Shown piece after piece: positions 29,319 through 38,124 of a DNA stretch of 64,000 nt (positions are counted from its first letter, which is position 1; the number at the start of each line of letters is the position of its first letter). The stretch is taken from assembly GCA_947258565.1 (NCBI GenBank), contig CAMYJB010000024.1, forward strand, positions 7,553-71,552, written 5' to 3'. Both the position numbers and the translations under genes were made by a program. The DNA is from an uncultured Woeseiaceae bacterium (GTDB taxonomy: Bacteria; Pseudomonadota; Gammaproteobacteria; Steroidobacterales; Woeseiaceae). The notes beneath the pieces are model-generated. The model made no database searches and was not told where the DNA came from. It worked only from the letters and a program-made list of their open reading frames with translations.

Positions 29319-30947
29319 ATGACGACCGAAAACGAAGCCCCCGACGCTGCGCCCGCCGGTGCCGGCGTACATCCGAGCCGGGTTTCCGGGCAGCGCCTGA
29401 TCGCGAAGACCTCGGTCGTGAGCGGCATGACGTTGCTGTCGCGGATTCTGGGACTCGTCCGCGACGTCGTCTTCGCGCGCTTCTTCGGCGCCTCGCTGGT
29501 CATGGACGCCTTCCTGGTTGCCAACCGGATTCCGAACATGCTGCGGCGCTTCTTCGCGGAAGGGGCGTTTTCGCAGGGTTTTGTGCCGGTGATGGCGCGC
29601 TACCGCGAGCGGCACAACCACGAAGATGCCCGGGAGTTCGTGGATGCTGTCGCCGGGACCTTCGGCATGATCCTGTTCCTCGTTACGCTCGCGGGCGTAG
29701 TCGCCGCGCCGTTGCTCGTGGCGATCGTCGCTCCGGGTTTTATCGGCGAGGACGGCCGCTTCGAACTTGCGACGCTGATGCTCCGCTTCACGTTCCCGTA
29801 CCTGTTTTTCGTCTCGCTGACCGCGTTCGCGGGCGGCATCCTGAATACCTACGGCCGCTTCGGCGTGCCAGCGTTTACGCCGGTTATCCTCAACGTCGTG
29901 TTGATTGCGGGGGCCGTCTGGCTGTCGCCGCGGCTCGAGGAACCCGGCATGGCGCTTGCCTACGCCGTGTTCATCGCGGGGCTCTGCCAGCTCTTGTTCC
30001 AGGTACCCTTCCTGATGCGCATTCAGGCGTTGCCGCGGCCGAAATGGGGCCTGCAGCACGATGGCGTTCGGCGCGTTGCGAGACTGATGTTGCCGGCGAT
30101 ATTCGGCTCCTCGGTGGCGCAAATCAATGTGCTGCTCGGCGGCATCATCGCATCGATGCTCGGTGTCGGGAAAATCAGCCTGCTGTATTACTCGGATCGC
30201 CTCATGGAGTTTCCGCTCGGCCTGTTCGGCATCGCGCTGGCGACCGTCACGCTGCCGTATCTTGCGCGGCAGGCCGCTAACGAGTCCTACGACGAGTTCG
30301 CCGATACGCTGGACTGGTCGATGAAGCTGGTGTTGCTCATCGCCGTCCCGGCCGCCATCGGGCTCATCGTTCTCGCCGAGCCGCTCGTGGCCACGATCTT
30401 CTACGGTGGCGTATTCACCGGCGGCGACGTCCGTATGACCGCGCTGGCGCTGCAGGCGTTCGCCGTCGGCCTGATCGGATTCTCTTACGTCAAGATCCTT
30501 GCGCCGGCGTATTTCGCCCGCGAGGACACGAAGACGCCGGTGAAAGTCGGCCTGATCGCACTTGCGGTAAACTTCGTGCTGAGTGTCAGTCTCGCCTGGT
30601 ACCTGACTCGCATCGGCTTTGCAGGCTCGCACGCGGGGCTCGCGCTCGCTATATCCGTCGCAGCGTTGCTCAATGCGTTCCTTTTATATCGCGGCCTGCG
30701 GCGGGACGGCGTGGTTCGCCACGGCAAGGGCTGGGCATCGCTGTTGCTCCGCACCGTGGTGGCGAACGGGGTCATGACGGCTGTCCTGATCGCGCTGCAG
30801 CGGCCGCTGTCCTGGTGGCTCGAGACCGGTATTTTCGAGCGCATTACCTGGCTCGCCACGGCGATACTGCTGGCCGTTGCGGCCTACTTCACGGTGCTGT
30901 TCCTGCTCGGCATGCGCAGTGCAGATTTCCGGCTGAGGCAGAACTGA
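29319..30947 (+). CDS. murJ: lipid II flippase MurJ (MviN)
   Basis: SGMTLLSRILGLVRDVVFARFFGAS...FLVANRIPNMLRRFFAEGAFSQGFVP, polytopic membrane protein. Divergent from rpsT as in Pseudomonas. About 25-aa N-terminal extension, so the start is uncertain. Confidence 0.9.
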   Translation: MTTENEAPDAAPAGAGVHPSRVSGQRLIAKTSVVSGMTLLSRILGLVRDVVFARFFGASLVMDAFLVANRIPNMLRRFFAEGAFSQGFVPVMARYRERHNHEDAREFVDAVAGTFGMILFLVTLAGVVAAPLLVAIVAPGFIGEDGRFELATLMLRFTFPYLFFVSLTAFAGGILNTYGRFGVPAFTPVILNVVLIAGAVWLSPRLEEPGMALAYAVFIAGLCQLLFQVPFLMRIQALPRPKWGLQHDGVRRVARLMLPAIFGSSVAQINVLLGGIIASMLGVGKISLLYYSDRLMEFPLGLFGIALATVTLPYLARQAANESYDEFADTLDWSMKLVLLIAVPAAIGLIVLAEPLVATIFYGGVFTGGDVRMTALALQAFAVGLIGFSYVKILAPAYFAREDTKTPVKVGLIALAVNFVLSVSLAWYLTRIGFAGSHAGLALAISVAALLNAFLLYRGLRRDGVVRHGKGWASLLLRTVVANGVMTAVLIALQRPLSWWLETGIFERITWLATAILLAVAAYFTVLFLLGMRSADFRLRQN

Positions 30948-30948
30948 C

Positions 30949-31887
30949 GTGCGGCTGGTGAGACACCTGGAAGACCTGCCGTATCCGGACCTGGACGCCG
31001 GCAGCGTCGTTACGATCGGTGCCTACGACGGACTGCATCTCGGTCATGAGCAGCTGCTCGAGCGAGTTACTCACGTTGCCGCAGACAGGGGGCTGACCGC
31101 CGTCGTAATGAGTTTCGAGCCGACGCCGAAGGAATTTTTCGGTGGATCGAGCCCGCCCGCGCGATTGATGCGGTTTCGTGAAAAGTTCGATAGCCTGCAA
31201 GCGCACGGCATTGACCTGTTCTATTGCCCGCGATTTGCAGCGCCGATGCGGGATATAGCGGCGCCGGATTTTATCCGCCGGATTCTCGTGCACGGCCTGA
31301 ACGCAAGGTATCTGGTGGTCGGGGATGATTTTCATTTCGCACGCCGCCGCGAGGGCACGATCGAGCATCTCAACGCTGTCGCAGCCGCGCTCGACTACGA
31401 CGTCGAACAGGTGCCGAGCGTTATTGTGAATGGTATACGGGTGAGCAGCACGGCGATTCGCGACGCTCTGGGCAGGGGCGATACGAAGACGGCCAGCAAA
31501 CTGCTCGGCCGTCCGTACCGGATGTCGGGAAAAATCGTAAAAGGCGACCGGGTAGGGCGGACGCTTGGCTATCCAACCGCCAACGTCGATCTGCGCCGGC
31601 GGCAGAGTGCGGTTATGGGGATCTTCGCCGTGCGCGTGCACGGCCTCGAGGGCGGTCCGCATGATGCCGTGGCGAGCGTCGGCTCGCGACCGACGTTCAA
31701 CGGCACGAAGCCCATACTCGAGGCACACATATTCGACTTCGACGAGGACATCTACGGCAAGTACATCCACATAGACTTCATCGCCTGGCTTCGCGACCAG
31801 GTGAAATTCGACCTCGTCGAGGATCTGGTTGCGCAAATGGACGCCGATGCCGACAATGCGAGATCCGCACTTGCCGCAACCGCCTGA
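30949..31887 (+). CDS. ribF: bifunctional riboflavin kinase / FMN adenylyltransferase
   Basis: GTG start 1 nt after the murJ stop. VVTIGAYDGLHLGHEQLL, SSTAIR, GRTLGYPTAN, EAHIFDFDEDIYG motifs. Confidence 0.9.
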   Translation: MRLVRHLEDLPYPDLDAGSVVTIGAYDGLHLGHEQLLERVTHVAADRGLTAVVMSFEPTPKEFFGGSSPPARLMRFREKFDSLQAHGIDLFYCPRFAAPMRDIAAPDFIRRILVHGLNARYLVVGDDFHFARRREGTIEHLNAVAAALDYDVEQVPSVIVNGIRVSSTAIRDALGRGDTKTASKLLGRPYRMSGKIVKGDRVGRTLGYPTANVDLRRRQSAVMGIFAVRVHGLEGGPHDAVASVGSRPTFNGTKPILEAHIFDFDEDIYGKYIHIDFIAWLRDQVKFDLVEDLVAQMDADADNARSALAATA

Positions 31888-31900
31888 GAGGCCGGAAAGA

Positions 31901-32425
31901 TTGGAAGCGAAGCAGGGTCTGAACCGTTTCATCGTCTGGATGATCTTCGCCATCCTCGTGGTCGTCGCTGACCAGGCCACGAAGGCTGCGATTATCCGCT
32001 GGGTGCCGCTGTACGGGGATGTGCCGATCAACGATTTCATCAACCTGACGCATCAACAGAATACCGGCGCGGCCTTCAGTTTTCTCGCCGGCGCTGGTGG
32101 GTGGCAACGCTGGTTTTTCGTCGTGCTGGCCTCGGCGGTCAGCGCGGTGCTGGTCGTGTGGCTGTGGCGGATCCGCGCCGGCAATCTGCTGGTACTCTCG
32201 GCTGGGCTGACGCTCGTGCTCGGCGGGGCGCTCGGCAATCTCGTTGATCGCATCCGGTTCGGCTACGTGACCGACTTCATCCAGGTCTGGTTCGGCAGCT
32301 GGGCATTTCCGTCCTTCAACGTTGCGGATTCCGCGATAACGGTCGGAGCGGCCTTACTGATAATCGACTCGCTGTTTCTCTCCGGCAAAGAAAAAGCGGC
32401 GCCCGGAGAGGCGCCGCCCGATTAG
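31901..32425 (+). CDS. lspA: lipoprotein signal peptidase II
   Basis: TTG 31901 after GGAAAGA preferred, because ATG 31829 would overlap ribF by 59 nt. DQATKAAI ... NTGAAFSFLAG ... GGALGNLVDR ... VTDFI ... FNVADSAI. Confidence 0.85.
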   Translation: MEAKQGLNRFIVWMIFAILVVVADQATKAAIIRWVPLYGDVPINDFINLTHQQNTGAAFSFLAGAGGWQRWFFVVLASAVSAVLVVWLWRIRAGNLLVLSAGLTLVLGGALGNLVDRIRFGYVTDFIQVWFGSWAFPSFNVADSAITVGAALLIIDSLFLSGKEKAAPGEAPPD

Positions 32426-32458
32426 TCCGTCGCAGCGAACGGTGTTCGCGCCCGTGCC

Positions 32459-32840
32459 CTAACGCGTGCGCGTCCAGCAGTTCGTATCCGGAAACGACTG
32501 TTTCACGTTGCGGCCGTTAATCAGGAACGTGCCGCATTTGCCCGCTTCCGGGTCTCCCGGGATGTTATAAATCGCCTGGGCCGTGAAGTTATTGGCGTTG
32601 CAGGTTGTAACGTCCACCGTGTAGGTTCGTGAGTCGGTGACGAATCCGGCCGCCAACGGGAACCCGAGGCGCGTCATGTCGCAGGTGTACGTGTTGTTCT
32701 GCAGGTAGAAGCGCTCCTGGTTGGTCGCGATCCGCAACAAGGCGGCTTTCGCCTCGTTGCGATTCGCCCGCGCCACGAACTCGCGGTAATTGGCGCATCC
32801 TGTGCACGAGCTTTCCCTGCATGCGCTGCCTTGCGGTCAT
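32459..32840 (-). pseudogene. pilE-like pilin gene with internal out-of-frame deletion of the hydrophobic alpha1-N segment - module 2
   Basis: ATG at 32840 overlaps the pilY1-2 stop (TAATG) and encodes a leader-like MTARQRMQG. The frame then decays (KLVHRMRQ...). The pilin body ANYREFVARANRNEAKAALLRIATNQERFYLQNNTY...CGTF...NCW is in another frame (ORF 32459-32776). No G|FTLIEL... helix can be encoded in the 63-nt gap. Confidence 0.55.
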
Positions 32841-35800
32841 TACTCGATCCCGTCCTGGGTCCAGAGCGTGCGAACCGGGAAGTTCTCGAAGCCCGGGTCG
32901 AAGCATTCGACACCGATACAGCCGATCGGTGGCGGCGAGCATGCGTCACCGGTGCAGCCCTGCTCGGGGCTCGGGAACAGGAAGGCCGGCGACGGTGCAA
33001 TACCGCCCTGCGCCAGTTCCGCGACGCGTGCGTTGTCTTCCTCGCCAGGCACGATCGCATCGAGATTCGTGATCGGGTCGCCGTTCACGACCGACACGCG
33101 ATACAGGAAGTTGCGGCCCACGCCCGCCGAACAGACAGCCGCGCCGGCCGTATCGGCCGAAAAGGCGACGAAGAAAACTTCGTTGTTGAAGGTCACCGAG
33201 TTCGAGAATACCTTCTGATCGGGCGGTAGCGTGAATTTCCAGCCACGCTGGTTCTGCCCGATCGCGGTGCCGACCTGGCCGCTGATTTCGACGAGCTCGG
33301 AATCGGTGACCGGCGTGAACGCATCGTATTCGGCCTGGGTTAGTGGCGTGAATACGTTCCTGTCGCGAATGGAGTAGAAACGGTCCGTGTTCGAGTCATC
33401 CAGCGGATGCGCGCGATAGCCGCTGCCGAGACTGATCGCGATGAAGCGCCGATTCAGTGCATTGTCGTTGAAGACCGATACGTCGGGGGCCGAGTAGAAC
33501 CGCCGGGTATCCTCGACGGCCGGCGAACCCGTGCCTTCGGCACCCAGCTGCGCGACGACGCCGCCGGTAACCAGCGCATCCGTACCGGTGCCGCCCGGCG
33601 ATTTGCCGCTGAAGATGTCGAAGCGCAGGATCTGCCCGCCCATATCCGACGCATACATGCGGTCCGCAAAACCGTTGCCGTCCAGGTCGACAACGCGAAT
33701 CTGCGTCGCGATTGATCGCGTCATGCTCGGCAGCTGAAGGTCCGCGCCCGCGTCGCGACCCGCGCGCCACAACACATCGCCCGATTGCAGATCCAGCATG
33801 TAGATGCCGGCGCCTTCGACGTCCGGTGTCGACGGATGAGAAATATTGTCGTGAGCCGTGTCGTAGCCGCCACCAAAGATGACGACTGCCTTGTCGTTAT
33901 TCAGGCCCGGATCGACCAGGTCGACCCGTGCGACGGTCGGCCGCGACCAGGTCTGGCCGAAGTCAGGCGTGCTGATACGCCATTTGACGACCGGGTTGCT
34001 CTGGTCCGTGACGTCCAGCGCGTAGTAAACATTACCGCCGCGGCGCATGCCGAAAATGATGTAGACGAAGTCGCCGTCGCCAGGCTCGATGATGCCGTTG
34101 TCGTTCCGGTCTGCGACTACCGGCACGATGTCACCGTCGACGCCGTAGAACTTGAAGGGTGCTTCCGCATTGAAATAATACATCGGCAGGTTCTGGAGGT
34201 GCTCCTTCGGTATGAAAGACCACAGTTCCTCGCCGGTATCGCCGCGGATCGCGTGCACCGAGCCCTGATTCGTTGCCGTGAATACGACGACGTCGGGATC
34301 TGCCGGGTCACCACCGTAGACGACGGCGGCGGGCTGCGAGTGCAGCGGGTCGCCCATCTGCTTGATGATGGTGGTTGCCGGATCCAGGTCTTCGTCAGTA
34401 ACGTCCTCGCCGCGCACCCAGCGAATGAGTTCCTCGATGGTCGGTTCGCCGGCTGCGCCGGTCAGACCGAAATCCGCGAGGGTGTACGAGGCGACATTGG
34501 ACGGTGCGAGCGCATTGGCAGCCGCCGTCAGGTCGTTATTGACGGTGTTGTTCGTGAATATCCTGCGGCTTGCCGGGATTGGCAGGTTTTCGACAGCGCC
34601 ACCAATCGTGATGTCGTTGCCGTCCGCACCCGTTGTCCAGAAGCTGGCTGCGGAGTCATAGAACGAACCCGTGTTCGGGTCTACCGCCGGTACATCGAAG
34701 CGGTCTACGATCTGGCCGTCGGAAACGCGATACTTCTTGAGGTTGCCGGGCCAGCGGACGCTCTCGCTCGCCTTGAAGGTCGTGAGATACAGGTCATTCA
34801 GGTTCTGCGTACGGTTGAACGCATTGACCGCGACTGCCGGAGCCGCAAACGACAGGTTACGGTCCTGGATGTCGTTGACGATCTCCAGCAATGCCTGCGC
34901 GAGGCTCGTCACGTCATCGGCCCGGAAGTAGTTGCCGCCGCCGCGCAGAGCCGCCTCCTCGAGGATCGGCAGGTCGATTGCGAAACCGATCGTGTGCGTG
35001 GTTACGGTCTGCACGCCCGGCAGGTTCGGGTCGATGTCGTCGTTGAACAGGTAGGCCGCGATGTCGTCCAGGCAGGCGCCGTTGCCGGTGCCGGTGCAAC
35101 CGGAATAGCCGAGTGTCGCGCCCCAGTTCGGCAGGCTGTCGACCAGGGGCGCCGCGCCGACGTCCTCCGTCGGCGCGCCGTCGGTGAGGACGACGTTGAA
35201 GTTCTTGGCGCACGCAACACTGGTCGGTTGCTCATAGACATCCGGGTTCGTCGAGACCAGAGCGAGCGGATCGGTGGTGTGCTCGCTGATGAGGTTGCCG
35301 TAATGGGCGGGCAGGCCGCGCCAGTAGAGGGCCGACTCGAAGACTGTCTCGGCTACCGGCGTCCAGCCGCCCGAGGGGATCAGACCGATCGTGTTGACGA
35401 GCTCTGTACGGTTCGTATCCAGGTCCTTGAGGTCCTGCAGTACCGGCCCGCCTTCCTGGTTGTTGAAGCGCATGATGCCGACGTTGATGCCTTCGATGGA
35501 GTTCAGGATTGCCGTCGCCGTGTTCTGCACGATGTTGATTTTCGAATCCATGATCGTGACCGGATTCTCGAGATAGTTCAGGTAGTTGCCGTCGAACACC
35601 GTGATCGACTGGCTCGTCGGCCACGAGCCCCAGTTGATGCGGTCTTTCTTCACGTTCGTGTAGGGAGCGAGGTCCTGGCCACGCTGCGCGTACAGCTTGC
35701 CGCCATTGACGCCATCGCCGTGCTCGCCGTCGTCCTTCGAGCACTCGACGATGTCCGTCTCGTTGCCCGGCTCGACTTTCTGCCAGTGCACGGTGTCGGT

Positions 35801-36232
35801 GAGCCCGAGGAGGATACTGAAGATACCCGAGGCGCCGTCGCGGTGCTGCGCCATCCGGCCGCGGTAGCTGCCGATTCCCTGGATCCTCCTGTCTGCATCC
35901 GCGCACAGGAAGGACGACTCCTGGAAGCGCTTGGTTGAACTCCCGCAATTCGGTATGACGTTCTTGTACTCGGTCCAGTACAGGTAATTCGGGTCGCAGG
36001 GTGTGGCCCCACCGGCATAGGTCAGGGCAGAGTCATAGACCTCCTTGGTCTCCTCCTCGTCACCCATACTGCCGGAGGAGTCGATGATGAGCATCACGTT
36101 CGGGATCTGCTGCACCCGGTCGGGGTTTATCAGCAGCAGCTCCGTGTCGTCGGCGAGTGCGGGCATACCGCAGGTCATGGCCAGCAGCAAGCCGGCGGAC
36201 GTCCATGTTGTCTTCTTGAATACGGTTTTCAT
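32840..36232 (-). CDS. pilY1: PilY1-family pilus tip protein - module 2 (intact vWA MIDAS)
   Basis: Signal peptide MKTVFKKTTWTSAGLLLAMTCGMPALA. MIDAS NVMLIIDSSGSMG ... GGWTPVAET ... VVLTDGAPT. C-terminal propeller with VDLDGNGFADRMYASDMGGQILRFDI. 1130 aa. Confidence 0.85.
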   Translation of the reverse strand: MKTVFKKTTWTSAGLLLAMTCGMPALADDTELLLINPDRVQQIPNVMLIIDSSGSMGDEEETKEVYDSALTYAGGATPCDPNYLYWTEYKNVIPNCGSSTKRFQESSFLCADADRRIQGIGSYRGRMAQHRDGASGIFSILLGLTDTVHWQKVEPGNETDIVECSKDDGEHGDGVNGGKLYAQRGQDLAPYTNVKKDRINWGSWPTSQSITVFDGNYLNYLENPVTIMDSKINIVQNTATAILNSIEGINVGIMRFNNQEGGPVLQDLKDLDTNRTELVNTIGLIPSGGWTPVAETVFESALYWRGLPAHYGNLISEHTTDPLALVSTNPDVYEQPTSVACAKNFNVVLTDGAPTEDVGAAPLVDSLPNWGATLGYSGCTGTGNGACLDDIAAYLFNDDIDPNLPGVQTVTTHTIGFAIDLPILEEAALRGGGNYFRADDVTSLAQALLEIVNDIQDRNLSFAAPAVAVNAFNRTQNLNDLYLTTFKASESVRWPGNLKKYRVSDGQIVDRFDVPAVDPNTGSFYDSAASFWTTGADGNDITIGGAVENLPIPASRRIFTNNTVNNDLTAAANALAPSNVASYTLADFGLTGAAGEPTIEELIRWVRGEDVTDEDLDPATTIIKQMGDPLHSQPAAVVYGGDPADPDVVVFTATNQGSVHAIRGDTGEELWSFIPKEHLQNLPMYYFNAEAPFKFYGVDGDIVPVVADRNDNGIIEPGDGDFVYIIFGMRRGGNVYYALDVTDQSNPVVKWRISTPDFGQTWSRPTVARVDLVDPGLNNDKAVVIFGGGYDTAHDNISHPSTPDVEGAGIYMLDLQSGDVLWRAGRDAGADLQLPSMTRSIATQIRVVDLDGNGFADRMYASDMGGQILRFDIFSGKSPGGTGTDALVTGGVVAQLGAEGTGSPAVEDTRRFYSAPDVSVFNDNALNRRFIAISLGSGYRAHPLDDSNTDRFYSIRDRNVFTPLTQAEYDAFTPVTDSELVEISGQVGTAIGQNQRGWKFTLPPDQKVFSNSVTFNNEVFFVAFSADTAGAAVCSAGVGRNFLYRVSVVNGDPITNLDAIVPGEEDNARVAELAQGGIAPSPAFLFPSPEQGCTGDACSPPPIGCIGVECFDPGFENFPVRTLWTQDGIE

Positions 36233-36264
36233 CGTTCTGTCCTCATAGTTCCGTGCGAGGGCAA

Positions 36265-36621
36265 TCAGTCCTTAGCCTGGCTGACCGGGTGTACCGAAAC
36301 GCGCGTCACGCGATCGGACTCGAGATGGTGCAGCACCGTTACCGCCGTATTGCGGCGATCCGTAATGGACATCAGGCTGCGCTTGAACTTGTCGAGTGGC
36401 AGGCTATTGCCGTCCAGGATCCACTGCGCGTCTGAGCTGGTCCGCTTGGTCTCGTAGGGGCACTCGTCACAGGGCTTGTAGGCCACCGTGCCGCCATCGT
36501 TCTGCGGCAGGCGCAGATCCGAGAGCCGGACCTCGTGGGCCTTTGAGACCGTGCGGAACTGCGCCATGGCGGGCAGCGCGACTCCGAGAATGATGGCGGC
36601 GATCAATACTTTGAATTTCAT
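36265..36621 (-). CDS. small secreted protein of unknown function embedded between pilX-2 and pilY1-2
   Basis: ATG 36621 with GGAG 9 nt upstream. Sec signal peptide MKFKVLIAAIILGVALPAMAQ. No prepilin motif. One CDEC pair. Tightly packed in the operon (25- and 32-nt gaps). Confidence 0.6.
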   Translation of the reverse strand: MKFKVLIAAIILGVALPAMAQFRTVSKAHEVRLSDLRLPQNDGGTVAYKPCDECPYETKRTSSDAQWILDGNSLPLDKFKRSLMSITDRRNTAVTVLHHLESDRVTRVSVHPVSQAKD

Positions 36622-36646
36622 GGGAATACTCCGTTCCTGCTACCGC

Positions 36647-37117
36647 TTACAGCTGTGGACCCTGCGGTCCGACAACATAAAAAGCCTGTGTGTGTACCGC
36701 GCTGGAGTCGCGGTCCGTGGGGGTGCCCGGCGACCGTTCCGATACGGCCGTCGCCGTGGCGAGAAAATGATAGGCCACGACGCCGCTGCCGACGCCGAGG
36801 CTGAATGCCCGGTCCGGGACGATCGTGGGCACACCCTCCGGCTGGATTTGCGCCGTGACGGAATCGTAGGAGTTGATGTACTGCGTGACGGTTACCGTGC
36901 CGACCGAGTTGAACTGGCCCTGCGCAAGTGCGGCCTCGAGGCCGGTCTCGGCAGCCTGGAACGCGTTCTCGTAGTTCTGGTCGTTGCGCGCCATCGCGAG
37001 TTCGGTGGTAGCGGTGCTCATACCCGAGACGGCCAGCACCGTAATAACGACGAGCAACAGCAGGCCGACGATAAGCGCCGCGCCGGATTGCTGGGTGAAA
37101 TTCGTCTGCGTGGTCAT
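36647..37117 (-). CDS. pilX: type IV pilus minor pilin PilX - module 2
   Basis: MTTQTNFTQQSG|AALIVGLLLLVVITVLAVSGMSTATTELAMARN (PilX_N type). Confidence 0.8.
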   Translation of the reverse strand: MTTQTNFTQQSGAALIVGLLLLVVITVLAVSGMSTATTELAMARNDQNYENAFQAAETGLEAALAQGQFNSVGTVTVTQYINSYDSVTAQIQPEGVPTIVPDRAFSLGVGSGVVAYHFLATATAVSERSPGTPTDRDSSAVHTQAFYVVGPQGPQL

Positions 37118-37132
37118 GATTCGTTCTCTTAA

Positions 37133-38119
37133 TCAAATCCTGGTATTGCGCAGGAGGATCGTCTTCGATACCTGCATGCGGCGTATCTCGTCGTTGAATG
37201 TGCCGAGATTGACGTTACCGGGCGCGTAGACCTGCTGATCATCGACGCCGGGCTCGCGCACAAGCCCGCGGACCACCAGCGAGACCCTGGCCGTCAGCAC
37301 CCTCGCACCCGGGAGATAGCCGGGAGCCCGGGGGTTGTAAATCTGGTCGCCCGGGTTGACATACCGGTCGACCGTGTTGTCTTCGTTGACGTCGATGCCG
37401 AGCTGAATCTGTAGGTTTTCGACGCCCGGCGCGATCTCCTGGTCGAAGATCGCCGAATTGACGCCCTGGATACCCAGCACCTTGCGGCGCAGCGTCGGTA
37501 CGCCCGGAATCAGGTCGGAATTCGCATCCACGTAGTAGCTCGATACCATCAGGTTGTGCGTGGCCGACTGCGCCGGGTCGTACTGCGGCGGGATAATTCC
37601 GTCATCGATGATCTCGCCCTGGGTTCGCGTCGACTGTATTTGCAGGCGACCGGCTTGCAGCGGCACGGGATTGACGGAGGCGCGCCGCACCGTCAGCACG
37701 TCCGAATTCGCCTGCGCGACATTCTGTGGCGGGCAGGTGAGTCCCATGACATTATCGAAGCCGTCGACGGGTACATCCAGCTCCAGCGACCAATCCTCGC
37801 TGCAATCCAGCGGCACGGCGAGTATCTTGGGATTCACGTCACCCAGCATCGTGCGGCCTTCGATCGAGAGCCGCCGGCTCGTGCGGCCCCAGTTGCTGGC
37901 CATGCGCAGGTCCGCCTCGATCGTATCCAGCGCGAACTGCGCGGTTTCCTGCACCCTGGCGATCGACTCGTTGATGGTGAATGCCTGGCGGCTCTGCGAG
38001 TAGATCTGGATCGCGCCGATCATCAGGAACGAGCCAATAGCGAGCGCCACCATCAGTTCGACAAGGGTGATGCCGTGCTGCCGGCCGCCGGGTTGATTGA
38101 CTGTTATGCGCATTGCCAT
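37133..38119 (-). CDS. pilW: type IV pilus minor pilin PilW - module 2
   Basis: MAMRITVNQPGGRQHG|ITLVELMVALAIGSFLMIGAIQIY. AGGAG RBS. 328 aa. Confidence 0.8.
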   Translation of the reverse strand: MAMRITVNQPGGRQHGITLVELMVALAIGSFLMIGAIQIYSQSRQAFTINESIARVQETAQFALDTIEADLRMASNWGRTSRRLSIEGRTMLGDVNPKILAVPLDCSEDWSLELDVPVDGFDNVMGLTCPPQNVAQANSDVLTVRRASVNPVPLQAGRLQIQSTRTQGEIIDDGIIPPQYDPAQSATHNLMVSSYYVDANSDLIPGVPTLRRKVLGIQGVNSAIFDQEIAPGVENLQIQLGIDVNEDNTVDRYVNPGDQIYNPRAPGYLPGARVLTARVSLVVRGLVREPGVDDQQVYAPGNVNLGTFNDEIRRMQVSKTILLRNTRI

Positions 38120-38124
38120 CGCTC

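Noticed and set aside
33785-35938. 717-aa ORF on the plus strand inside the pilY1-2 region.
   Set aside because: It is exactly antisense to a strongly supported 1130-aa gene. The product is Arg/Val/Asp/Gly-rich with no motifs. This is the typical stop-codon-poor shadow frame of GC-rich DNA.
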